Assembly (NCBI GenBank): GCA_964291405.2
Contig: OZ219926.1
Span: 4,704,001-4,768,000 of the forward strand
DNA: 64,000 nucleotides
Reading direction: 5' to 3'
Origin: Thermodesulfobacteriota bacterium
GTDB lineage: Bacteria; Desulfobacterota; Binatia; Bin18
Every line of letters starts with the position of its first letter. Positions within the stretch are counted from its first letter, which is position 1. The position numbers were made by a program, and so were the translations under genes. Below are positions 56,625-64,000 of this stretch, piece after piece. The notes under the pieces are model-generated. The model was given only the letters and a program-made list of their open reading frames with translations, was not told where the DNA came from and ran no database searches.

Positions 56625-56775
56625 AGCAAAATTCACATTAGTGTAGCGTCCAACGGCCTCCGCGTGTTTCCCGATACGTAGGGTGCGCCCTGCGCACCAG
56701 TAAAGGTGGTGCATGGGATGCACCCTACGGAACTCTGGAAAGCACCTCGCTACACCACGGAGGAAACTGCGCTAG
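56621..56775 (-). mobile_element. 155-bp CTAG-flanked MITE (copy 2)
   Basis: Reverse complement of 39378-39532; left CTAG contains the VOC stop codon. Confidence 0.85.
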
Positions 56776-57056
56776 AGCAAATTACGATCCTGTGTAGCCG
56801 CCCGTCATTCCTGCGAAAGAACGTCACCCCTGTGCAAACAGGGGCAGGAATCTAGGTCCCTGGCCCCCTCTCTCACTCTCCATAGAGCCGTGTGATACAC
56901 ATTACATTACTCGGCGGCTCTCCGCTCCCCTGCGCCGTGCCGGTCTGCGACAGGGGGCCAGGAGTGCGGGCTTCCAGCCCGCAAGCGGCCAAGATGGCCG
57001 CCCTCCCAGGAAGCGGGAGGCTCACGCCACAATATGCATCACACGTCATAGAGAGG
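56772..57056. repeat. Stack of further MITE/REP fragments
   Basis: CTAGAGCAAATT..TGTAGCCG end, GTCATTCCTGCG...GCAGGAATC REP, and a relative of the 1774-1886 element. Confidence 0.6.
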
Positions 57057-57083
57057 AGAGGGCAGGGCGCCCTCTCCGGTACT

Positions 57084-57476
57084 TTAGCCGCGCTCGACAA
57101 ACTCCAGAATATTGCCCTCAGGGTCCTTGATCATAGCGATCCGGGTGCCAGGGCGGATTTCGGTTTCCGGGATGGTGAACTCCGCGCCTTTTTCCTTGAG
57201 GGCGGCGCACAGGCCGCTCAGGTCTTTGATCACAAAGGTGAGATAGCCAATGCCCAGGCGCTTACCAAAACCGTTTGGTGCGGCCGGCGGGACTTCTTTG
57301 GGGTCCATGAGCTTGATGTCGCTCGTGCCATGCCGGAAGCGATGGATGGTACCAAAGGCGGTCGGCACTTCCTCGGTCTTTTCCAGGCCGAGCGTGCCCT
57401 GATAAAAATCGAGCATGGTGCTGATGTCTTTGACAAAAATCCCAACGTCAATTGAGTCTTTTGCGGGTTGTAGCAC
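57084..57476 (-). CDS. VOC family protein, paralog of 56229..56624
   Basis: PAKDS.D.GI, GTSDIKL.DP, ETE.RPG.RIAM..DP.GN shared. Confidence 0.88.
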   Translation of the reverse strand: MLQPAKDSIDVGIFVKDISTMLDFYQGTLGLEKTEEVPTAFGTIHRFRHGTSDIKLMDPKEVPPAAPNGFGKRLGIGYLTFVIKDLSGLCAALKEKGAEFTIPETEIRPGTRIAMIKDPEGNILEFVERG

Positions 57477-57499
57477 TGGGAACTCCTTTTTGTGGTCTT

Positions 57500-57895
57500 C
57501 TATCCGCGGGCGCCTTTGAGATCGATCAGTTCGACCTTGTAGCCATTGGGGTCTTCAATAAAGGCGATAACCGCGCCGCCGTGCGCCATCGGGCCGGGCT
57601 CACGAACCACGTTGATGCCTTTTCCTTTGAGCTCGTCGCAGGTCTGATAGATATCATCCACGCCAATAGCCAAATGCCCAAAGGCGTTCCCCTGGTCGTA
57701 GCTCGAGGTACCCCAGTTATGCGTCAGTTCGACGACGGTGTTGTTCTTTTCGTCACCGTAGCCCACAAAGGCCAGGGTAAACTCACCGCCCGGATAGTCC
57801 TGTTTGCGCAGTAGCTTCATGCCCAGCCCGTCGCAGTAGAATTTGAGTGACTCGTCCAGGTCGTTGACCCGGATCATGGTGTGTAAGAACTCCAT
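57500..57895 (-). CDS. gloA: Lactoylglutathione lyase (glyoxalase I)
   Basis: LHTMIRV, FTLAFVGYG, ELTHNW, FGHLAIGV, FIEDPNGYKVELI. Confidence 0.95.
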   Translation of the reverse strand: MEFLHTMIRVNDLDESLKFYCDGLGMKLLRKQDYPGGEFTLAFVGYGDEKNNTVVELTHNWGTSSYDQGNAFGHLAIGVDDIYQTCDELKGKGINVVREPGPMAHGGAVIAFIEDPNGYKVELIDLKGARG

Positions 57896-57970
57896 ACTAT
57901 GCCCTCCTCGTATTCATGAGATTCGCCCGCACCTTCTCCTGCTTCCCCTATCCGGTTGTGACTCCGACTG

Positions 57971-58447
57971 TCAAGCAAGACCGTCACCGATAACCTGGAA
58001 GATGGCTTTTTCTATGCGCATTGCCTCGGCTTCGGAAATATGCGTCTCGTACATCGGAAAGAGCTCACGTTCTTCACACCGGATATGCCGCTCTAAGAGT
58101 GTCCCGAATGAGGACAGCAATTCCGGCAACTGCGGCCCGGCAGGAGGCTGCTGGTCAATGTGATCCACCAACTCCCGTATAGCCGCATGTTCCTGAATGA
58201 GCTGGTCGAGCAGAGCAGATGCCTGAGGCTGCATGGCTCGAATGGCCGGAAAGAGAATGTCAGTTTCTGCGGCAAAATGGGGCGTTAGACTTTTTCGAAA
58301 GAATCGTACTGTATCTGCCGCCTGCTCCTGTGGACTGTCGTGGGGCTGGCGGGTTTTCGGTAGCCCATGCTTGAGGCGGAACGCGAGCAGGAGGCCGTGA
58401 TGATGCTCGCGAGAGAGGGGAACCAGGCTGGGGTGACGTTTGGGCAT
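57971..58447 (-). CDS. Hemerythrin-like domain protein
   Basis: LSREHHH, PHF..E, EH, HIR.EE..LFP. Confidence 0.85.
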   Translation of the reverse strand: MPKRHPSLVPLSREHHHGLLLAFRLKHGLPKTRQPHDSPQEQAADTVRFFRKSLTPHFAAETDILFPAIRAMQPQASALLDQLIQEHAAIRELVDHIDQQPPAGPQLPELLSSFGTLLERHIRCEERELFPMYETHISEAEAMRIEKAIFQVIGDGLA

Positions 58448-60363
58448 TACACGTCTACGTCTTCGACCCGAGGCGCCCGCTCCATGATAAAGCTGAAGCG
58501 CGGCTGGACATCTTTGCCCATCAGGGTCTGGATGGCTTTTTCGGTTCGTTCGACGTCCTGAATAGAGACCCGGAGCAAGGTACGCGTACGCGGGTCGAGG
58601 GTCGTTTCCTTGAGAGTGTGCGGATTCATCTCCCCCAGGCCCTTAAAACGCTGGACTTGGGCCTTGCCGGCATGCCCGTTTTGCTGAGCCAGCAGGCGCT
58701 CCTTGGCCGCATCATCGTCCGCCCAATGGACTTCCTTGCCGACCTCGATTTTATACAGCGGTGGCTTGGCAATATAGACACAGCCGGCTCGAATCAGTTC
58801 GTGTAGGTGACGGTAGAAAAAGGTCAACAGGAGTGTACAGATGTGGTTGCCGTCCGAATCGGCGTCCATCAACAGGCAGACTTTGTGATAGCGGAGCTTG
58901 GACAGGTCAAACGCCTTGCCCACGCCACAGCCCAAGGCCGACACAATGTCGTTTAACTCTTTATTGGTCAGGATTTTATTGAGTGAGGCCTGTTCCGTAT
59001 TCAATACCTTGCCGCGTAGCGGCAGAATAGCTTGAAAGCCCCGGTCCCGGCCCTGCTTGGCCGAGCCGCCGGCGGAATCTCCCTCAACAATGAAGAGTTC
59101 GCTGTTGGCCGGGTTGGTTGAGGAGCAGTCGGCCAGCTTGCCGGGCAGGTTCAGACGATGGGAGACCGACCCCTTACTCCGCACGGTTTCCAAGGCCGCG
59201 CGTGAGGCCGAGCGCGCGCGGGCCGCCAATATCACCCGCTGGGCAATCGTTTCCGCCTGGGAGCGGTTATGGAGCAGAAAATTCTCCAGGGTGGTCCGAA
59301 CCATACCGTCAATTTGCGCCGTTGCTTCCGGGTTGCCGAGTTTTTCTTTGGTCTGACCCTGAAACTGCGGATGTTTGAGATACAGGCTGAGAATGGCGAC
59401 CAGCCCTTCGCGCGTGTCGTCGGCCGTAATCGATACCCCTTTGGGCGTCAGATTGTTGACGTTAATGTAATTGCGAACCGCCTTGACAATCGCGGTTTTT
59501 AAGCCGGCTTCATGCGTACCGCCGAAGGGGGTGGGAATACCGTTCACAAACGAGTGGATGCGTTCTTCCGGTGATTCCGTCCAGGTCAACACACATTCCA
59601 GCGGGGGCGAGGCGGCGCGTTCAATGTGAAAGATGTCCTGAATAACCGCCTTTTTATCGCTGTCGGTGAGCAGCTTGCGGAGATATGCCTTGAGGCCGTC
59701 TTGATACAGGAATTGCTGGGTTTGCCCGTTTGTCTCGTTCCGAAAGACGAGTATCAGCCCCTTGTGCAGATAGGCTTTGGATTCCAATCTTTCGGCAATA
59801 CGCTCGGATTTGAAGGTAATGGACGGAAAAATATCGGGGTCGGGGTGAAAGGTAAGGGTGGTGCCATGGCCGCGCGCGCCACCCACGTTTTTAAGTGGCG
59901 TGGTGGCCTTGCCGCGACGAAAGCGTTGTTCCCATTCCACCCCATCTCGACGGATACGGACAACCATACGGTCAGCCAGGGCGTTGACGACGGAAGCCCC
60001 CACGCCGTGCAGCCCTCCGGAATGGGCGTAATTCTGATCGCCGAATTTCCCGCCAGCGTGCAGGGTGGTCAGGATCAGCTCCAGGGCGGGCTTCTTGAAC
60101 TGCGGATGGAGGTCTACCGGAATCCCCCGCCCGTTATCGGCCACGGTGACGGTCGAGCCATCCTTATGCAGGGTCACCTCAATACGACTGGCATGGCCGT
60201 TCATGGCTTCATCTACCGCGTTGTCGAGGAGTTCCCAGACAAGGTGGTGCAGCCCGGTTATATCAACTCCGCCGATATACATTCCGGGCCGTTTGCGAAC
60301 CGGATCGAGACCCTCAAGAACGGTAATATCTTTTGCCGTGTAGGCTTGTTTTTGCGCTGCCAT
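58447..60363 (-). CDS. parE: Type IIA topoisomerase subunit B (ParE/GyrB-like)
   Basis: VRKRPGMYIG, DNGRGIP, GGLHGVG, VEGDSAGG, PLRGK, DADSDG, RFKGLGEM; ParE vs GyrB is inference. Confidence 0.88.
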   Translation of the reverse strand: MAAQKQAYTAKDITVLEGLDPVRKRPGMYIGGVDITGLHHLVWELLDNAVDEAMNGHASRIEVTLHKDGSTVTVADNGRGIPVDLHPQFKKPALELILTTLHAGGKFGDQNYAHSGGLHGVGASVVNALADRMVVRIRRDGVEWEQRFRRGKATTPLKNVGGARGHGTTLTFHPDPDIFPSITFKSERIAERLESKAYLHKGLILVFRNETNGQTQQFLYQDGLKAYLRKLLTDSDKKAVIQDIFHIERAASPPLECVLTWTESPEERIHSFVNGIPTPFGGTHEAGLKTAIVKAVRNYINVNNLTPKGVSITADDTREGLVAILSLYLKHPQFQGQTKEKLGNPEATAQIDGMVRTTLENFLLHNRSQAETIAQRVILAARARSASRAALETVRSKGSVSHRLNLPGKLADCSSTNPANSELFIVEGDSAGGSAKQGRDRGFQAILPLRGKVLNTEQASLNKILTNKELNDIVSALGCGVGKAFDLSKLRYHKVCLLMDADSDGNHICTLLLTFFYRHLHELIRAGCVYIAKPPLYKIEVGKEVHWADDDAAKERLLAQQNGHAGKAQVQRFKGLGEMNPHTLKETTLDPRTRTLLRVSIQDVERTEKAIQTLMGKDVQPRFSFIMERAPRVEDVDV

Positions 60364-60364
60364 A

Positions 60365-62749
60365 TTACACTCCAGCCCCCTCCACTCCACCATTCGAGCC
60401 GCTCCGGGCGCCGCTTTGTTGCACGCCCACCAGCACCGAGCGCTTGACTACCCGCCGGCCCTTTCCGGCCCGTTTGCCTAACGGAATATCCCGCAGTGGA
60501 ATTTTACGCTCTTTCCCGTCTTTATTGATAACCGTCACACCCGTGCCCGGTTCGCTCGTGACCGCTCCAACCAAGCGGTCGTCCGTATCCAGGCGCATGA
60601 GAATCACCCCACGGCCGGCTCCCGATAACTCGGTAATATCTTCGGTGGGAAAGGCCAATAGATATCCAGCCGCAGTGGCACACACCGTTCGGCCACTGCC
60701 CGCCGGCCGGACGGTAATGACTTCGTCATCGACGGACAAACGCGCGATTTTTCTCCCGTTGCGGGTGGTTTCTTCGACATTGGGTTCAAAACGAAAACCC
60801 AGGCCCTTGGCCGTCGCCAGGAGCAAGGCCGGTCCTCGCTCGTCAACGGACTGGGGGGAGGCACTGAGCGTAAACAGATCGTCCTGGCTCGGCTTGGCCG
60901 CTTCCGCCCCGTTCTGCTGGGCCGGGTTTTCCGGCGGGCGGTCCGGGATAAGGCGAATCGTCACAACCTGTTCCCCATCCTGAAAATTGAACAGGGTCTG
61001 GATGGGCTCTCCATAGCCGGTGGTTGCCGGTACGGTGTTAATGCGGATGACGTAGAGCATGCCTCGGTTGGTGAAAACGGCCAGGCGATCACGGGTTGTC
61101 CCCTGAAGAACGGCTTTGAGGTTGTCGCCCTCCCGGAGACGGGTGCTCGTCGGATCCTTGAGTTCTCTGACGCGCTTAATCCAGCCATCCCGGCTGAGGA
61201 CGACTGTGGCTTCCTCATGGACAATATAGGCGTCCGGATCGTAGTTGAGCTGTTCGCCCGAGCGCAGGGCCGTCCGGCGTCGATCACCGTACTGCTTGCC
61301 CAGCGCTTCCAGTTCGTCCCGTATGATCGTCCAGCGCTGGCCTTCACTCCTCAACAACCGGCGCAACTCCTGGGCGCGGGCTTCTTTCTCCCGGCGTTCG
61401 GTCTGAATTTTTTCGACTTCCAGGCGGGCGAGCTGGTAGAGGCGAATATCGAGAATGGCGTCGGCCTGGATCTCGGTCAATTGAAAACTCTGCTGGAGTT
61501 TTTCCCGCGCGTCCTTGCGGGAAGCCGCATTCCGGATGAGGCGGATGACGGTGTCGAGCTGGTCGGCAATGAGGGCCAGACCGGCAAGAATATGCAGGCG
61601 GGTTTCCAACTCGTCTAACTCATGCTCAAAGCGTTTGGTGACCACCGCAAAACGGAAGTCCAGGAAGTGTCGACACAGGTCGGACAGGGTGGCGCGCAGG
61701 GGTTGACCGACTTCCGGGTTGCCGGTTGGAACCAGACAGGTCAGGTTGACCGAAAAGGAGGTTTGCAGCGACGTATGCCGACATAAATACGCCATGGCGA
61801 GTTCGTCCGAGGTGTTGCCTTTGAGCTCAAGGACAATGCGGATGTCGTCGGTTGATTCGTCCCGGACATCGATGACCTGCGGGATTTTCCGGCTGCTGAC
61901 GAATTCGGCGATCTTTTCCACCAGTTGAGCCTTGTTGACGGTATACGGCAGGGAGGTAATGACGACCTGACGCTTGCCGCGCGGCAGGCTCTCGACCTTC
62001 CACTCCCCGCGCAGTTTGATCGTCCCCTGGCCCTTTTCATACATCTCGCGCAGCTCGCGCTTGCTGGTCAGGATTTCCCCTCCGGTTGGAAAATCCGGGC
62101 CTTTGATATATTTGAGCAATCCCGCGCTGGTCAGCGTCGGGTCATCAATCAGAGCCAGCAGGGCCTTGATGACTTCCGTAAAATTATGGGGCGGAATGCT
62201 GGTGGCCATGCCAACCGCAATGCCGCTGGCGCCGTTGAGCAGGAGTTGGGGAATGCCGGACGGCAGGACGACCGGCTCGTCCAGGGTGGCGTCATAGTTG
62301 GGGCGATAAGGTATGGTTGCGCCGCGCAGGTCGCGGAACAGCTCTTCGGATAACGGGGCGAGCTTGGCTTCGGTGTAGCGCATGGCCGCCGCGCCATCGC
62401 CATCGAGCGAGCCGAAATTGCCTTCTCCCTGCACCAGCGGATAGCGGAGCGAGAACGGCTGTGCCAAGCGCACCATGGCCTCATAGGCGGCCTGGTCCCC
62501 ATGCGGATGATATTTGCCCAGAACCTCACCCACCACCGCAGCGGATTTGCGCGGCCGGGCATCGCCTCCGAGCCGCAGGTTTTGGTGCATGGCGTACAGC
62601 AGCCGGCGCTGGACCGGCTTGAGACCGTCACGGATGTCGGGTAGGGCCCGCGAGGTAATCACGCTCAGGGCGTAATTCAGATAGCGCGCTTCCGCTTCAG
62701 CCCCGAGGTCTGTGGTCAGGATTTGTTCCGCCACCGCCGCTTTCTTCAT
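60365..62749 (-). CDS. parC: Type IIA topoisomerase subunit A (ParC/GyrA-like)
   Basis: [35 protein letters not shown]; no canonical GyrA box seen. Confidence 0.88.
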   Translation of the reverse strand: MKKAAVAEQILTTDLGAEAEARYLNYALSVITSRALPDIRDGLKPVQRRLLYAMHQNLRLGGDARPRKSAAVVGEVLGKYHPHGDQAAYEAMVRLAQPFSLRYPLVQGEGNFGSLDGDGAAAMRYTEAKLAPLSEELFRDLRGATIPYRPNYDATLDEPVVLPSGIPQLLLNGASGIAVGMATSIPPHNFTEVIKALLALIDDPTLTSAGLLKYIKGPDFPTGGEILTSKRELREMYEKGQGTIKLRGEWKVESLPRGKRQVVITSLPYTVNKAQLVEKIAEFVSSRKIPQVIDVRDESTDDIRIVLELKGNTSDELAMAYLCRHTSLQTSFSVNLTCLVPTGNPEVGQPLRATLSDLCRHFLDFRFAVVTKRFEHELDELETRLHILAGLALIADQLDTVIRLIRNAASRKDAREKLQQSFQLTEIQADAILDIRLYQLARLEVEKIQTERREKEARAQELRRLLRSEGQRWTIIRDELEALGKQYGDRRRTALRSGEQLNYDPDAYIVHEEATVVLSRDGWIKRVRELKDPTSTRLREGDNLKAVLQGTTRDRLAVFTNRGMLYVIRINTVPATTGYGEPIQTLFNFQDGEQVVTIRLIPDRPPENPAQQNGAEAAKPSQDDLFTLSASPQSVDERGPALLLATAKGLGFRFEPNVEETTRNGRKIARLSVDDEVITVRPAGSGRTVCATAAGYLLAFPTEDITELSGAGRGVILMRLDTDDRLVGAVTSEPGTGVTVINKDGKERKIPLRDIPLGKRAGKGRRVVKRSVLVGVQQSGARSGSNGGVEGAGV

Positions 62750-62829
62750 ACATCCACCTCCACCCACCGGATTATAGGCGAAGTCACGCCTGGTTCCAAC
62801 GACCGAGGGAACGGCCGCTCACCCAGTAC

Positions 62830-63693
62830 CTATTCTTGCAAAGGACCAAAAAACTCCCGGGCTTGGGCAATCACAAAATCCGGCTTTTCTTCCGCAATAA
62901 AGTGCCCGCACTCTTCGACCTGGCCGCCTTCGACGTTGTCTGCCACGCCTTGCCAGATCGGCACAAGATTACCCAGAAAGGTCTGGCCGCCCCAGGCTCG
63001 GACCGGCATCTTGAGTTTTTCCGTGCATGAACTCAGGTTCTCCAGATCTTCATTGATGCCCGTGCGGTAATACTGGAACCCGGCGCGCAGCGCCCCCGGT
63101 GCGGAATAGACCCGGACGTATTCAGCCACATCCTCGTCTGTGAACACCTTTGGGCTGTAATTGTACACGGTCGAATTATAGAAATGCCGTAAATAAGTTT
63201 CGACATTATTGCTGACCAGCTTTTCGGCCAGGTCGGGCATGCCGGCGTGAAAGAAGACGTGCCACAGCCGCTGGGCAACCCCGATGTCCATCTTTTCGCC
63301 CTTGCGACCCAGACCCGGAATCATATCCAGGATCATCAGTCGCTCGACCATTTCCGGGTGATCGTAAGCCAGATAGTAGGTGACCGCGCCACCCCAGTCA
63401 TGGCCGGTCAGGCCGATTTTCTCAAAGCCGAGTGATTTAACGAGTTCATATACATCCGAGGCCAAGGTGCGTTTGTCATAGCCGCTCAGCGGGCGCTCGG
63501 AATCTCCCAAGCCTCGCAAGTCGGGTGTGATGACCGTGAACTGCTCCGACAACGGGCCGATGATCTTGTGCCACTCATAGCTGCTCTGCGGCCAGCCGTG
63601 AACAAAAACCAGGGGGTAGCCTGATCCGGCAATCACATAGTGCATCCGAAAGCCGTTGACCGTTGCCACATGATGGGTGCCTGTGTCTGTCAT
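62830..63693 (-). CDS. Alpha/beta hydrolase (epoxide hydrolase/dehalogenase-like)
   Basis: HGWP, PDLRG.G.S, GHDWGG, GHF..EE.P. Confidence 0.92.
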   Translation of the reverse strand: MTDTGTHHVATVNGFRMHYVIAGSGYPLVFVHGWPQSSYEWHKIIGPLSEQFTVITPDLRGLGDSERPLSGYDKRTLASDVYELVKSLGFEKIGLTGHDWGGAVTYYLAYDHPEMVERLMILDMIPGLGRKGEKMDIGVAQRLWHVFFHAGMPDLAEKLVSNNVETYLRHFYNSTVYNYSPKVFTDEDVAEYVRVYSAPGALRAGFQYYRTGINEDLENLSSCTEKLKMPVRAWGGQTFLGNLVPIWQGVADNVEGGQVEECGHFIAEEKPDFVIAQAREFFGPLQE

Positions 63694-63793
63694 ACTTGTA
63701 CTCCTTTTATTCCTGTTTTGTATCCGAAGCCCGGAACGGACAGCAAGAGGAGTGGGGCTGCTGCTGTCCGTTCCGTGTGATAATTGGTGAGCT

Positions 63794-64000
63794 ATGGAGA
63801 CGCCGGTTTTTCTGCGCGCCTGCCGGGGAGAGCCAACCCCGTACACCCCCGTCTGGCTCATGCGACAGGCCGGGCGGTACATGGCCGAATACCGGGCGTT
63901 GCGCGAACGCGTGCCTTTTCTCGAATTGTGCAAGACGCCTGACCTGGCCGCACAGGTAACGCTTGAAGCGGTTGAACGCCTGGGTGTGGATGCTGCCATT
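63794..64000 (+). CDS. hemE: Uroporphyrinogen decarboxylase, N-terminal part
   Basis: [47 protein letters not shown]. Confidence 0.93.
   Translation, partial: METPVFLRACRGEPTPYTPVWLMRQAGRYMAEYRALRERVPFLELCKTPDLAAQVTLEAVERLGVDAAI

Overview
GC-rich bacterial chromosome segment. The gene content (family III CoA transferases, LLM oxidoreductase, many TA modules, modular secreted proteins, many short repeats) suggests a Binatia/deltaproteobacterial, possibly sponge-associated, lineage; this is inference only. Housekeeping blocks (fusA paralog, tRNA-Leu-TAA, acyl-CoA dehydrogenase, mutS-mutL, dusB, DEAD-box helicase, gloA, type IIA topoisomerase A/B, hemE) alternate with accessory blocks. (1) A six-gene VWA/FHA/Ser-Thr kinase/PP2C phospho-signalling operon (3.9-12.7 kb). 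(2) IS scars and an AbiE type IV TA. (3) A ~5 kb secreted-protein gene with two FGE-sulfatase (C-lectin fold) domains. Both domains end in regions carrying the AAC-codon mutagenesis signature of diversity-generating retroelement (DGR) targets, the gene is followed by a DGR-type hairpin, and it is interrupted by one in-frame TAG; no reverse transcriptase is in the window. (4) A defence island (39.6-51.3 kb) with an orphan helicase bearing iteron-like repeats, an hsdR/hsdM deletion scar, and a type I RM locus with frameshifted hsdM, a RAYT plus REPs, a half-size hsdS and an AAA-ATPase/DUF4276 pair flanked by a duplicated hsdR 5' end. (5) A CYCxC protein with an in-frame UGA in a UxxC motif and a SECIS-like hairpin (probable selenoprotein). 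Several TA/defence cassettes lie between direct repeats, and CTAG/TA-ended MITEs carrying REP hairpins repeatedly coincide with stop codons. No CRISPR array, rRNA or integrase was seen.
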